64,000 bases of DNA from the NCBI GenBank assembly GCA_965217775.1, contig CBDCJH010000002.1, positions 1,920,001-1,984,000 of the forward strand, in the 5' to 3' direction. The first letter of the stretch is position 1; each line of letters begins with the position of its first letter. Source of the DNA: Acidobacteriota bacterium. GTDB taxonomy: Bacteria > Acidobacteriota > UBA6911 > RPQK01 > JAJDTT01. A program made the translations under genes and the position numbers. Of the stretch, positions 30,423 through 40,900 are shown piece by piece. Under the pieces are notes generated by a model. That model searched no databases. It saw only the letters and a program-made list of their open reading frames with translations, and was not told where the DNA came from.

Positions 30423-30514
30423 ACAAGCATAAGCGCGGGTTCCGCGCTATTGGTCTGCCTGACCGCTGCTCTGGCTTCCCCTTCTGATCCCGCCTCCCTG
30501 AATTTCTTCGAAAA
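30408..30514 (+). pseudogene. 5' stub of a third PSD1 / planctomycete cytochrome c gene
   Basis: MKVLSTSISAGSALLVCLTAALASPSDPASLNFFE matches the starts at 37983 and 43820, then homology stops. Confidence 0.85.
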
Positions 30515-30740
30515 TAGGGCATCCAGCACGGCTACCCTCATGTTCTTCTCCGACCTGTCGCAGACATCGGACTCACTCAGCAGTCGACCCCCTCCCGTGG
30601 ACCAGCTGCCTCGGAATCAGCAGTAGCTGCGCCGGCAGAAACGTACTGCGCGAGGCCAAGCCCGAAGAACACAGCCGTGATGACAAACTGGGTGTCATTC
30701 CGGCGTAGCGCCCCGAGGTCGAGCCCGAGCCCCGCCCGAC

Positions 30741-31718
30741 GAATGGTTTGGGGTCGAAGTCGGCCACTTGGGACGGGTCACCGGTCTGCGCATGTGGGGC
30801 AACGGTATCCGGGGTCCCATTCCGCCGGAACTCGCGTGGCTCGCCATGTTGGAACGGCTTGAGCTCGAGTTCAACGGTCTGACAGGGCCCATTCCGCCGG
30901 AACTTGGAAGATTGCCGGAACTCGAGCGGCTTCTGCTCAACACGAACGCCTTGACCGGCTCCATCCTGCCGGAACTGAGCAGCCTTTCGATGCTCCGCGA
31001 CCCTGGGTTGGCACAGAATGAGCTTTTCGGAACGATACCGTCTGAATTCACCGGTCTGACCAGCCTCTCGACAATGGATCTTTACCGCACCTCGGCGACG
31101 GGCCCGGTGCCCGGGTGGATGGGCCGCATGTCAGCCCTCACCCGCCTCAGCTTGGCCGACAGCGACATGTCGGGACCCCTTCCGCTCAGCCTTAGCGGGA
31201 TCGAGGGACTGAACGAGCTTCTGGCCGGAGGTACCGACCTGTGCGAAGCGGACGATGAGCGATTCCGGAGCTGGCTGTAGGCAGTACGGACGCAGCGAGT
31301 CCATTCCTGTGCCGGGGTAGACGGGGGATCCACCGCCTATCTGACCCAGGCCGTATAGTCGCGCGAGTTCCCGGTCCTGCTGGTGACAGGCGAGGAAGCG
31401 CTGCTGCGTGTGTCCGTGGTGGCGCCCCAGGCTTCGGGACGGCCCATACCGCCGGTGCGGTCGACCTTCCATGTCAATGGAACGGAGGTCCAGGTGTTGG
31501 ACATCCATCCGGATGCGTCGATCATCCGCGATGAGGTGGACGAGAGTTCACCCAATTCTTCGGCCGACGCCCTGATCCCGGCGTCGGTGATTCGACCGGG
31601 GCTGGAGATGGTGGTGGAGATCGACCCCGACGGAACCCTGAACTTGGCATCCAGGCGGATCCCCTAAACGGGGCGGATCGCTGTGGATGTGCGGGAGATG
31701 CCTGTCATGCGCCTTACG
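30741..31718 (+). pseudogene. Degraded LRR + M66-like metalloprotease gene, N-terminal half
   Basis: EWFGVE..GRVTGL, plant-type GPIPPEL LRRs, AYLTQAV*SREFPV, PGLEMVVEIDPDGTL, DVREMP; stops at 31278, 31356, 31665. Confidence 0.8.
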
Positions 31719-32104
31719 CCTCCCGATCCGCCCCGGCCGACGACGGTCACGGTGACGCCGACCATCACAGAGCTGGCATCAGTACCGGGGGACTCTGTGC
31801 CCAAGCAAGCTATTGTGCGCGGAGTGTCCGGAGGCTCGCACGGCAGCATTCGTGGCACGTCTGGCAGCGCCAGCGGGATCAGGCGGTTCGTCCGTCCTGC
31901 CCCTACCCGCGTTACTTCCCCGCCCTGCGCTCACCCACGTCTGGACTGCGAGGCTCCACCTTGCCCTCCCTGACGGCAACCGCTATGATTCAGTTTGTAC
32001 CGCCACCCTACCCACCATGACAGGGGAGGAGCCACTTGCCATGGAGTTTATGCACGGTAACCTTTCACCCATATCCAGTCGGTTCCATTTGAGGATATTG
32101 CGCC

Positions 32105-32605
32105 ATGAAAACTAAGTGCCGGCAAGATTGGCTGAGGGCGATCATCGAACAGACCCGTAAGCCATGGTTTCAGCTGCTCGCATTGATTGCTACTGCATTC
32201 ATAGTGGGAGCGGGCACACATAACTTCATTTTGCGAGTAGCAGGGTATGAGATGGTTCGAACCCAGCAATCGCTGGCTGACGAGGTAACACGTCCAACAG
32301 CGCCTCCCGCCAGAGTCTCTCTCACGGACGACCAGAAGCGAGTGTTCCATAAGTTAATCGAAAAGAGTCGTGGGATAGGTAGTGGCGTGGCTGTATCACC
32401 GTTTCATTACTGGATCCTAAAAGACCTCAATATATCCGACGAAGTGGTGAACACGGCCATTGCATTCCTTCAGAGCAATGGCTTGGTAGAGCTAGATGAG
32501 GAGCTTGGATTCGATGATTCCGAGGGGAGAACGAGCCCCTACCCCGTTTATCGCGTTACTTCCGAAGGATGGAGAGTCTGGCGCGAATATTACCTGGAAA
32601 ACTGA
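32105..32605 (+). CDS. Hypothetical protein with one TM helix and a winged-helix-like C-terminus
   Basis: Hydrophobic WFQLLALIATAFIVG; VNTAIAFLQSNGLVE...YRVTSEG. Confidence 0.65.
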   Translation: MKTKCRQDWLRAIIEQTRKPWFQLLALIATAFIVGAGTHNFILRVAGYEMVRTQQSLADEVTRPTAPPARVSLTDDQKRVFHKLIEKSRGIGSGVAVSPFHYWILKDLNISDEVVNTAIAFLQSNGLVELDEELGFDDSEGRTSPYPVYRVTSEGWRVWREYYLEN

Positions 32606-32628
32606 TTCGAGGCTTGCCAATAAACTAG

Positions 32629-33060
32629 CCTCAACTTCTCATCACCGATACGACAAGCGGTTTGTTTAACAGCATTTCAGTGGTTTTCATATCCACATGA
32701 ATTCGAGAATCGTTCTGTCGACTCGAATGCGGTGACGAATGCCGGAATCCGGCGACGTCCAGTAACCTTTGGGCTCCCACGGGCATTCGTGAGCGATGGT
32801 TCTCTCTCAAGTGCCGAGTCCAAGGCAGAGTCCGCCCGCGGCCCCCAACTTGGAGTCTTCCCAACCGCAGGTTCGCACTAACAGCGAAGCGGATGGGCTT
32901 GCACTCGCGCCAAGACCGTCCGCAACAGCGCCGCATTCGGGTAGCTCTCGGAAAACGACAACCAGACCTTGCGTGTGGTGACCCGGACCTGAGCCCCGAT
33001 CTTCAGCAGTTTCCCGCGCAGGGTCCAGCTCTGCGCCCGCGCAAGCTCGTTCCCGCCAGA
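32629..33060 (-). mobile_element. 3' remnant of a different IS1380-family element
   Basis: ELARAQSWTLRGKLLKIGAQVRVTTRKVWLSFSESYP transposase C-terminus; end ...ATGAGAAGTTGAGG followed by CTAG. Confidence 0.75.
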
Positions 33061-33178
33061 CCCACCCTTCGCAACGTCTGGACCATCACGTAGGCGAACG
33101 CGGAAAAATACAGCCGCAGTTATTCCGGTATCCGAAAAAGTTAATTGTTTTTCTGAAAAAGGGTATCGGAGGAACGAA

Positions 33179-33644
33179 ATGAGCAAGGATTTGAACCTAC
33201 ACTTTGCGTATCGAGCGGCTGCACCCAACACCCGGAAAGCATACAAGGCGTGCTGGAAGGAACTGAATGAATGGTTGGACGGAAAGAAACTGAACGACAA
33301 CACTTTGTCTTTGTTTCTCAGGTCTTTGCATAAACGGGGACTCGCACCGTCCACCATCAAGATGTACCGGGCCGCCACCACCTTTCACACCAAGGCACTG
33401 GAAATGCCGCACCCTATCGGACTCAAAACGAAGCTTGCCTGGAAGGAGATTGTGCGTGAGGGTTCCGGCAGGGGCAGGGGTAAAGCTAGTGCGCTTTCTA
33501 TCAACGAGTTCAAAAAATGGTTGCCGTATGTGAACTCGATTACTCGTTGCTTGGGTTACGGGATGCGGCTCTGATTTCGGTCATGTGGGATTGTGCGCTA
33601 AGAAGTTCGGAAGCGTCCGTCAACCTGCTCCTCAGTGACATTGA
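33179..33644 (+). pseudogene. Tyrosine recombinase (Cre-like integrase), frameshifted and truncated
   Basis: APNTRKAY...W, APSTI...AA, GRGKASAL; frameshift near the A-run at 33512; GLRDAALI...LRSSE; ends at an IS end. Confidence 0.8.
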
Positions 33645-33733
33645 CCCAGATTATTCATCACGCAAACATAAAATGAGCAAGCGTGCCCTTCATGTCGAGT
33701 CGGATCAGAGGGTTACCGGATACCCGCAGAAAA
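33645..33733 (+). mobile_element. Isolated left end of the same IS1380 element
   Basis: Matches the first ~89 bp of the full copies with about 3 substitutions. Confidence 0.9.
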
Positions 33734-34326
33734 ATGCCTTTGAGGAATATTCACGGGAGAACTGGAAAGCGTCCAACGTCGCGATTGACATTGGCGATCA
33801 TCAGGATGGGCAAAAGATCGCGTTTCAGTTTCGCCGGGATGTTGGGAATCCGTTGCATGTGGCAACGCATCTGGCTTCTCACTTGAATCGGATGTACTCG
33901 GCGCATTTGCTGTGGATTATCCAGGTCGAGCTTATCAAGCAGAACCGGGACTTCTGGGAGGCCATTGAAAGACACCCCGGAGGAATTTCGAGGGCGGAGT
34001 TCGAGTTTGTGACTCCAAATCTCTTCGGTTCAAGAGGAGAGCTCAGCGAGAGTATGAAACGTCTCCGGCGCCGCCACAACGCTGTGAAAGTGACGGGGGT
34101 TCTTCATAATCCGAACGGCGAGCTTGACCTCCAGCGTGATAATCTTGAAGAGGTGGTGGACTACATCTCCAAGGGAGGTGGGCATGCGAAGCTGAAAGCG
34201 AGCAAGACGACGATCTATGACTCGGATGAGAATCCGAAAACGATAAGGATCGATGATGACCGGTCGCTCCATCATCGGAACGTTGATTTCTGGAACCGCT
34301 TGGTCCGAAGGCTCTTTGGGTTTTGA
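33734..34326 (+). pseudogene. 5'-truncated hypothetical protein (weak resemblance to DUF4747/KwaB-type proteins)
   Basis: Protein-like frame begins right after the IS fragment (GQKIAF, FWEAIE, EFEFVTPNLFG); abuts the next gene. Confidence 0.55.
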
Positions 34327-34791
34327 ATGAAACTGATTCTCTCATTGATCTTGGTGGGAGTTCTGGTCGTTCTCGTCTCTTTGGTAGTCTGTCGGCCAGC
34401 AGCCATCGGGGACGGGAACAGATTCTTGAGAGAATTTGTCAACCACGAACTCCTGACGATTCTTGGCGTCATTCTGACCATAACGCTGGCATCGATCTCC
34501 AGCATTCACCTGAACTTGAATCGATTAGAGGAACGGTCGAATGTGCGAGCATTCCAATCTGTCAGAAGGGAGCTGATCCAAGCGGCCTATTGGCTGATTG
34601 GCCTTTTCATCCTAGCCGTACTATTGGTTCTAGTAAAACCTGTGGCCACTGATTCCGAGATTGGTACAGCAACTTTCAATGCAGGCGCCCTCGCTGTATT
34701 GGCCTTCTACATTCTAATACTGATCGACGTGACAATGTCCGTGTTTGAAATCACGCCCGATATCCAGGACCCTGAGCCTCCCTCGGATTGA
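34327..34791 (+). CDS. Four-TM hypothetical membrane protein
   Basis: Four hydrophobic segments; ATG directly after the upstream TGA. Confidence 0.75.
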   Translation: MKLILSLILVGVLVVLVSLVVCRPAAIGDGNRFLREFVNHELLTILGVILTITLASISSIHLNLNRLEERSNVRAFQSVRRELIQAAYWLIGLFILAVLLVLVKPVATDSEIGTATFNAGALAVLAFYILILIDVTMSVFEITPDIQDPEPPSD

Positions 34792-34914
34792 ATGGCCCGC
34801 CAGTTTCCCAAAAAACTTCTCCCAATCACCTCCGTCCTTGCGAAAGAGTAGAGTAGGGGCTCAATGTGCAAGGAGGAGCTGGGGGTGTCAAGTTCTCTGG
34901 ATAATCCCCATTAA

Positions 34915-36911
34915 CCCAGATTATTCATCACGCAAACATAAAATGAGCAAGCGTGTCCGTCATGTCGAGTCGGATCAGAGGGTTACCGGATACCCACAGA
35001 AAACGGCTGAGACCCGACCTGGGTGAAACGCTATCTTTGTTTTCAACGTCAGTTTAAACCCAGGATTCAAGTGGGTCCGAAACGCAAGCAGTTCCACGGT
35101 TTTCATCCCCTCCAAGGGCGGCGAAAAGAGGTGGCGTGCCCGTCATTTGTGGTATGATTATGGTGTTGCTAAAACAACCACAAAGAACGGAGCACGCCAT
35201 GCCTGAGACGATACCGCAGATCCGACCCTCATTCAACCGATCCCTCCGCCTCGAGACCCGCCCCGAGTCGCTCAGTGCGGACACGGGAGCCCTGGTGCAG
35301 CGGGAGATGATGGATCGTAGCGGCCTCATCGATTGGTTGACCGAGCGGTTGCACGATCCGCGACACCCGAGTTCGATCCGCTATCCGCTGTCGGATCTGC
35401 TGCGGACTCGACTCCTGCTGTTGGGGCAGGGCTGGCGCGACCAGTCCGACGCCGACCGCCTGCGTCACGATCCGAGCTTGCGGGTGGCGAGCCAGACCCG
35501 TCGGGGCACGGCGGCCTTGGAGGAGGGCCAGGGGCTGGCGTCACAGCCGACCTTGTCCCGACTGCTGGACACGCTCAGCCGGGAGGAGAACCTTCCGGTC
35601 CTGCACCAGGCGGTGACCGAGCTGGCGTGCCGTCGGATCGAGATGATCGAAGGCCGGCGGCGAAAACGGGGGAAAAAGACCCCACGGAAGAAGAGACGGA
35701 AAAAGACGATGTACCTGGACGTGGACGGTCTCCCGGTGGAGGTCCATGGGCATCCCCTGGGAAGCGAGTGGAACGGATACTATCGCCAGCGGATGTACCA
35801 CGGGTTGGTGGCGAGTTGTGCCGAGACGGGGGACCTGATCGACGGGGAGATTTTTCCGGGAGCCAGCTACCTGGGAAAGAAGGCGCTGAAGTTGACGCTC
35901 CGGGTGGTGGACCACTGTCGGGGGCGTCTGTGCGGCTCAATGATCGTGCGGATGGATGCGGGGTTCCCGGAGCCGGGGCTGCTGAAGGGGCTGGAGTCGA
36001 GAAGCGTGCCCTATATCGCTCGAATCCGCAAGAATGAGGTCCTGAACCGGATGGCGAAGCCCTACTTGACCCAACCGGCGGGGCGATCCCCGGATGCACC
36101 ACCGAGGCTCTGGTTCCATGAGCTGACCTACCAGGCGGAGAGCTGGGATCGGGCGCGCCGGGTGGTGCTGGTGGTGCGGGAGCGACCGGGGGAGTTGTAT
36201 CCGGATCATTTCTGGTTGCTGACGAGCCTGAGCCGGAAGCGTTATGAGGCGGAAGCGTTGCTGGCAAAGTATCGCAAGCGGGGGAAGGCGGAAGGGCACA
36301 TGGGGGAGTTGATGGACGTGCTCGATCCGGCCTTGTCCTCCGCGAGCCGGCCCAAGACACACTATCGGGGCAAACCACTGAAGCCGGGAGCCAAGCCGGA
36401 AGCGACGACGGAGGCCGGGGTTCGACCCCACAACGAAGTCTTGTTCCTGCTGAATCTGCTGGGGTACGAGATCCTGCACCTGGGTCGGGTGCTGATGGAG
36501 CAGGCGACGCGTCGGGGCTGGAGTCTGCGTCGTTTTCGCGAGCGGGTGTTGCGAGTGGCGTCTCGGGCGCTGCGCCAGGGGAGGCGATTGATTTTCGTCA
36601 TCAGTCAAGGGGCGACGGACTGGAAGCGGTTGTGGAAGAGCCTGGCGCGGGTGTCCTGGGCGCCGGGATAGTGGACGGAGGAGGAATCGGGCCCATGGAA
36701 GGGACCGAAACGGTGGGGATTTCTCACCGGAAAGTCAACCTGTCGGCGGATGACGGTCCCCCTGGCCGGAAAACGGTTTATGACTGGTTCAATCGTCTTG
36801 TTTTTGAGCCGATTCAGTCGAATCGACAGAGGTTCAACAGAAACCGGGCTCCGACCGCACGAAAACGCCGGGTTGGAAGCCCTTATCAACATGTCCCATG
36901 AATAATCTGGG
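34915..36911 (+). mobile_element. IS1380-family insertion sequence, copy 2 (1997 bp)
   Basis: Same TIRs as copy 1; 5-bp target duplication ATTAA. Confidence 0.95.
35199..36671 (+). CDS. IS1380-family DDE transposase
   Basis: Identical to copy 1 except KRL to KSL near the C-terminus. Confidence 0.92.
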   Translation: MPETIPQIRPSFNRSLRLETRPESLSADTGALVQREMMDRSGLIDWLTERLHDPRHPSSIRYPLSDLLRTRLLLLGQGWRDQSDADRLRHDPSLRVASQTRRGTAALEEGQGLASQPTLSRLLDTLSREENLPVLHQAVTELACRRIEMIEGRRRKRGKKTPRKKRRKKTMYLDVDGLPVEVHGHPLGSEWNGYYRQRMYHGLVASCAETGDLIDGEIFPGASYLGKKALKLTLRVVDHCRGRLCGSMIVRMDAGFPEPGLLKGLESRSVPYIARIRKNEVLNRMAKPYLTQPAGRSPDAPPRLWFHELTYQAESWDRARRVVLVVRERPGELYPDHFWLLTSLSRKRYEAEALLAKYRKRGKAEGHMGELMDVLDPALSSASRPKTHYRGKPLKPGAKPEATTEAGVRPHNEVLFLLNLLGYEILHLGRVLMEQATRRGWSLRRFRERVLRVASRALRQGRRLIFVISQGATDWKRLWKSLARVSWAPG

Positions 36912-36916
36912 ATTAA

Positions 36917-37834
36917 CTTGCTTCTCGCGTTCCTGTGACAATGCCCAAGGATGAGGAGGTGGTCATCACGATGCATCGGGTGCCGGATGCACAATTGGGC
37001 TCCGTCTCCGGTCACGTGTGGGATACGGACGGACATCCCATTCATGGAGCGACCGTCGTTCTCCTCGACTTCAAGCCAAATAGTACACGTCTCCCCGGTC
37101 TTGGAAGGTCGTTGACCGACTTGGCGGGAAAATTCTTCTTTACCAGAGTGCGTCGGGGAAAAATTCTGATATCCGCTGAAGCTGATGGATTTGCTATCCC
37201 GATCTGGGATCAAGGCAGTGAGACCCTGACGGTCGAGCCAAGCAGGAACAATGAAATCGACTTGATCCTGGTCGGGCAATCGACAGTCCAAGGCGTCGTT
37301 CTCAACGATGAAGGTCAGTCTGTCGCCGCCGCACAGGTCGTGGTCAGGTTCGAACAGGGTACATTTATTGGTGCTTTTGCCTCATCGGATGGCACTTTCA
37401 AGATTCCAGACGTTCCTCCAGGAAGACACCGGATACTGGTAGCTCATCGCGAGTACGTTACCTATGAATCCACCTTGGTTGCTCCTGCGAGCCAAATCTT
37501 CACGATTACCTTGCAGCCCGGACTTTCGTTGTCCGGTTACGTCATGAACCAAGAAAATGAACAGATAAGAGAATTCTCCCTTCGGTTGTCTCCAGCCGGT
37601 CGCCAACACGAAGTTCTCCCCTTCCTATTAGATCCAATGTCCGCAGACGTCTCCCCATCGGACGGGCATTTCCGCATCAACGGTCTGGAGCCTCAGACAT
37701 ATATTCTCTCTTTAAGCCTGCCGAACGTGGAGAGCTTGGAAACTCGTCTCGAACTCTTGGAATCGACAAACGTCACCATCGTGGTCAATCCGGCAGACTC
37801 GGACTCACCCATTCAGGTCCGCAGGTCCTGGTAG
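36917..37834 (+). pseudogene. 3' half of carboxypeptidase-regulatory-like paralog 3
   Basis: LASRVPVTMPKDEEVVITM aligns with the middle of paralogs 1 and 2; N-terminal half absent. Confidence 0.8.
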
Positions 37835-37982
37835 ACAGCGGGAACTACGGGACGGCAACCCTCGGTAATACGACTCGTCGTGAGACACCGGACGTCCTTG
37901 GCTTCCTTGCCCTGGGCCGTCCGCCGTCGCTACACTTTCCGGCAGAGATGGAGTGCCCGCGGGTTCGAAATCGGCTTCAGCC

Positions 37983-40900
37983 ATGAAAGTTCTTTCGGTA
38001 AGCATAAGCGCGGGTTTTCCGCTCTTGGTCTGCTTGACCGCGGCTTTGGCCTCGGAGACCGAACCCGCCTCGCTGGAATTCTTCGAAAAAGAGATCCGCC
38101 CCCTGCTGGCCAACCACTGCTACGAATGCCACAGCGCCGAAACCGCGACGCCTTTCGCCGGCTTGCGGCTGGACCGGCGCGACGACCTGATCAAGGGGGG
38201 TGTCTCGGGACCGGCCATCGTTGCAGGCAAGCCGGACGAAAGCCCCTTGATCCACCGCGTCCAGGGACGGCCGGCGCTGATGCCTCCCACCGGAGCGCTT
38301 TCGGATGCGCAGATCCAGTCACTCATCGAATGGGTCAGGATGGGAGCCCCGTGGACCGATCCTGCGGCGACGTCGGCGGATTCGGGTGAAGGATTCCACC
38401 TGGAAGCCCGAAAGCGCAGCCACTGGGCCTGGCAGCCGGTTCGATCCGTCTCCCCGCCGGCGGTGAACGACACGAATTGGCCGTTGCACCCCATGGACCG
38501 GTTCATCCTGGCCAGACTGGAGCAGGAAGGGCTGGAACCGGCGCCGGCCGCGGACCGGCACACTCTGATCCGGCGCCTTTCCTACGATCTGAGGGGACTC
38601 CCTCCCCTTCCGGGCGAGGTCCAGGCCTTCGTCGCCGATCCCTCTCCACGGGCCTACGAGGCATTGGTGGACGACTACCTGGACTCACCTCACTTCGGGG
38701 AACACTGGGCCCGCCACTGGATGGACCTGGTCCGCTACAGCGAGTCCCACGGCAGTGAAGGCGACCCGGACACGCCCTACGCGTGGCGTTACCGCGACTA
38801 CCTGATTCGGGCCCTGAACGCCGACATCCCCTACAACCAGTTGATTCGGGAACATCTGGCAGGCGACCTGCTTCCCTCCCCCAGGATGAACCCGGCCCTG
38901 GGCATCAACGAATCGCTCTTGGCCACGGCTCACTTCCGCATGGTGGAGCATGGGTTCCAGCCGGTGGATCCGCTGGAAGACCGAATCAAATGGACGGACA
39001 ACCAGGTCGACGTCCTTTCCAAGGCGTTTCAGGGACTCACCATCTCGTGCGCGCGCTGCCACGACCACAAGTTCGATGCCATCAGCCAGGAGGACTACTA
39101 CGCCATATTCGGAGTGCTCTATGGAGCCCGGCCGACCCAGAGAGCCGTCGACGATCCGGAGCGTCTCGATTGGGGCCGCAACGAGCTGACCGGCCTGAAG
39201 GAAGAGATCCGCCAGGAGCTGGCCGGCGCCTGGATCCGGGAGGCGTCCGCCCTGAGCTCCAAGCTGTTGGAGACACCCCACGAAGCCTTCACCAACCCAC
39301 CGGACTCTCCGTGCAAGCCTGCATCGCCACCGGACTCGTCCGATGATCCGGCGGCCCCGGAGACCGCGGTAGCTGCAGTCGAAACGGATGAGACCGAAGG
39401 TTCTGGAACCGCGGCGTCTGCTGCCGGCCAAGCGTGGAATCAGGCATTGGCGAAAGCCCGCTGCGAACCCGGAAGTCCGCTGGCGGCCTGGGTCCGCTTG
39501 GCGGGCAAGGAAGGCGACGACTTCCGTCAGGAATGGGCCGCTTTGAAAGAGGAGTGGAACGCCAGGATCCGCACCGGAAAAGCTTTCAACCGGGAGCACT
39601 TCCAGGTCCGGTGGGATCTGTCCGGCCCCGACTACGGTAAGTGGATCGGACACGGCGCCGGACTTCCCGCGGAACCGTCCCGGCCAGGCGAGTTCTCGGT
39701 GGGCGCCAACGGGAAACGGATCCTCAACGGCATCTACCCAGGGGGGGTCTACACCCATCTCCTTTCAGACAAGCACAACGGCGTGATCCAGTCGCCACGC
39801 TTTACCATCGACACCAATTTCATCAGTCTCAGCGTCCTCGGATCGGACTTCAGCTTCGCCCAGTTGATCATGGAGAACTATGCCGTTCCTCGAGGCCTCA
39901 TCTTCCATATGCGGCACGTCCCCAAAACAGACCGGATGGAATGGGTTCAATGGGACGTGGCGTACTGGAAGGGATTCACCGCGTACATCGAGTTGGCCAC
40001 CCGGGACGATGTCACCAATATCTACTACGACCCCAAGAAGTTCAAAACCCAGCCGGAAGAGCGGACGGACGGGCGTTCCGCCATCGGAGCCAGCCGGATT
40101 CTGTTTCACGAGACGAAGGAGACGCCCAGAGAAACGCGTCCGTCCCTGCTCTATCTGCTCCGGGGCGCGGCGCCCCGCTCACCCGCCGATCTGGCCCGGC
40201 GAATGGGCCGTCGCCTGGTGGAAGCCATCGAAGCTTGGAGGGACGGCGGAGCATCCGAGCTTCAGGCCGCGTATCTGGACGCGTTCGTTCGAGCTGACCT
40301 TTTGACCCGTTCCCGGGACCGGCTCCCGTCCGTGGACGCGCTCCTGACCCAATTCCGGGAAATCGAAGCCCAAGTGCCGGTTCCCCGGCGCGCTCCCTCC
40401 GTTTTGGACGAAGCGGCGCCGGATCATCCATTCCTGGTCCGCGGGGACCAGGACGCTCGCGGCGCGCCCGTGCCCCGACGATATCTGGCGGCTTTGGACA
40501 GCGTTCCCTACACCGATCCTGGCCGGGTGCGCCTGGGACTGGCCCAGGACCTTGCCTCACGCGGCAACCCGCTGACGGCCCGGGTGATGGTCAACCGCAT
40601 CTGGCGGTACCTGTTCGGATACGGAATCGTCCGCACCACGGACAACTTCGGAAAATTGGGCGACCCGCCCACTCATCCGGAACTCCTGGATCATCTGGCC
40701 AACCGGTTCGTGGAGGAGGGGTATTCCATCAAGAGCACGGTGCGCCGGCTGGCCACGTCCCAGACCTATCGCATGAGCAGCGGGGCATCCGCCGATTCCC
40801 TCCGGGAGGATCCGGCCAATCGGCTCCACCAGCATGCCAACCTGAGACGACTGGACGCCGGGGAGATCCGCGACGCCATGCTGCGCGTCTCCGGGAGCCT

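Noticed and set aside
30515-30740. Minus-strand scrap (...TQFVITAVFFGLGLAQ...; MRVAVLDA) resembling a transporter end plus the next gene start
   Set aside because: Too short to assign by eye; left unannotated
14031-31358. In-frame TAG codons (14031, 26635, 31278, 31356) suggesting amber recoding or pyrrolysine
   Set aside because: All lie in genes that are also truncated, frameshifted or IS-interrupted, and intact genes here end in TAG (41408, 47245, 57179)
33517-34326. 269-aa ORF as a genuine fusion protein
   Set aside because: Chance in-frame join of integrase, non-coding IS end and a truncated gene
27756-36911. Composite transposon bounded by the two IS1380 copies
   Set aside because: Each copy has its own matching target duplication, so they inserted independently
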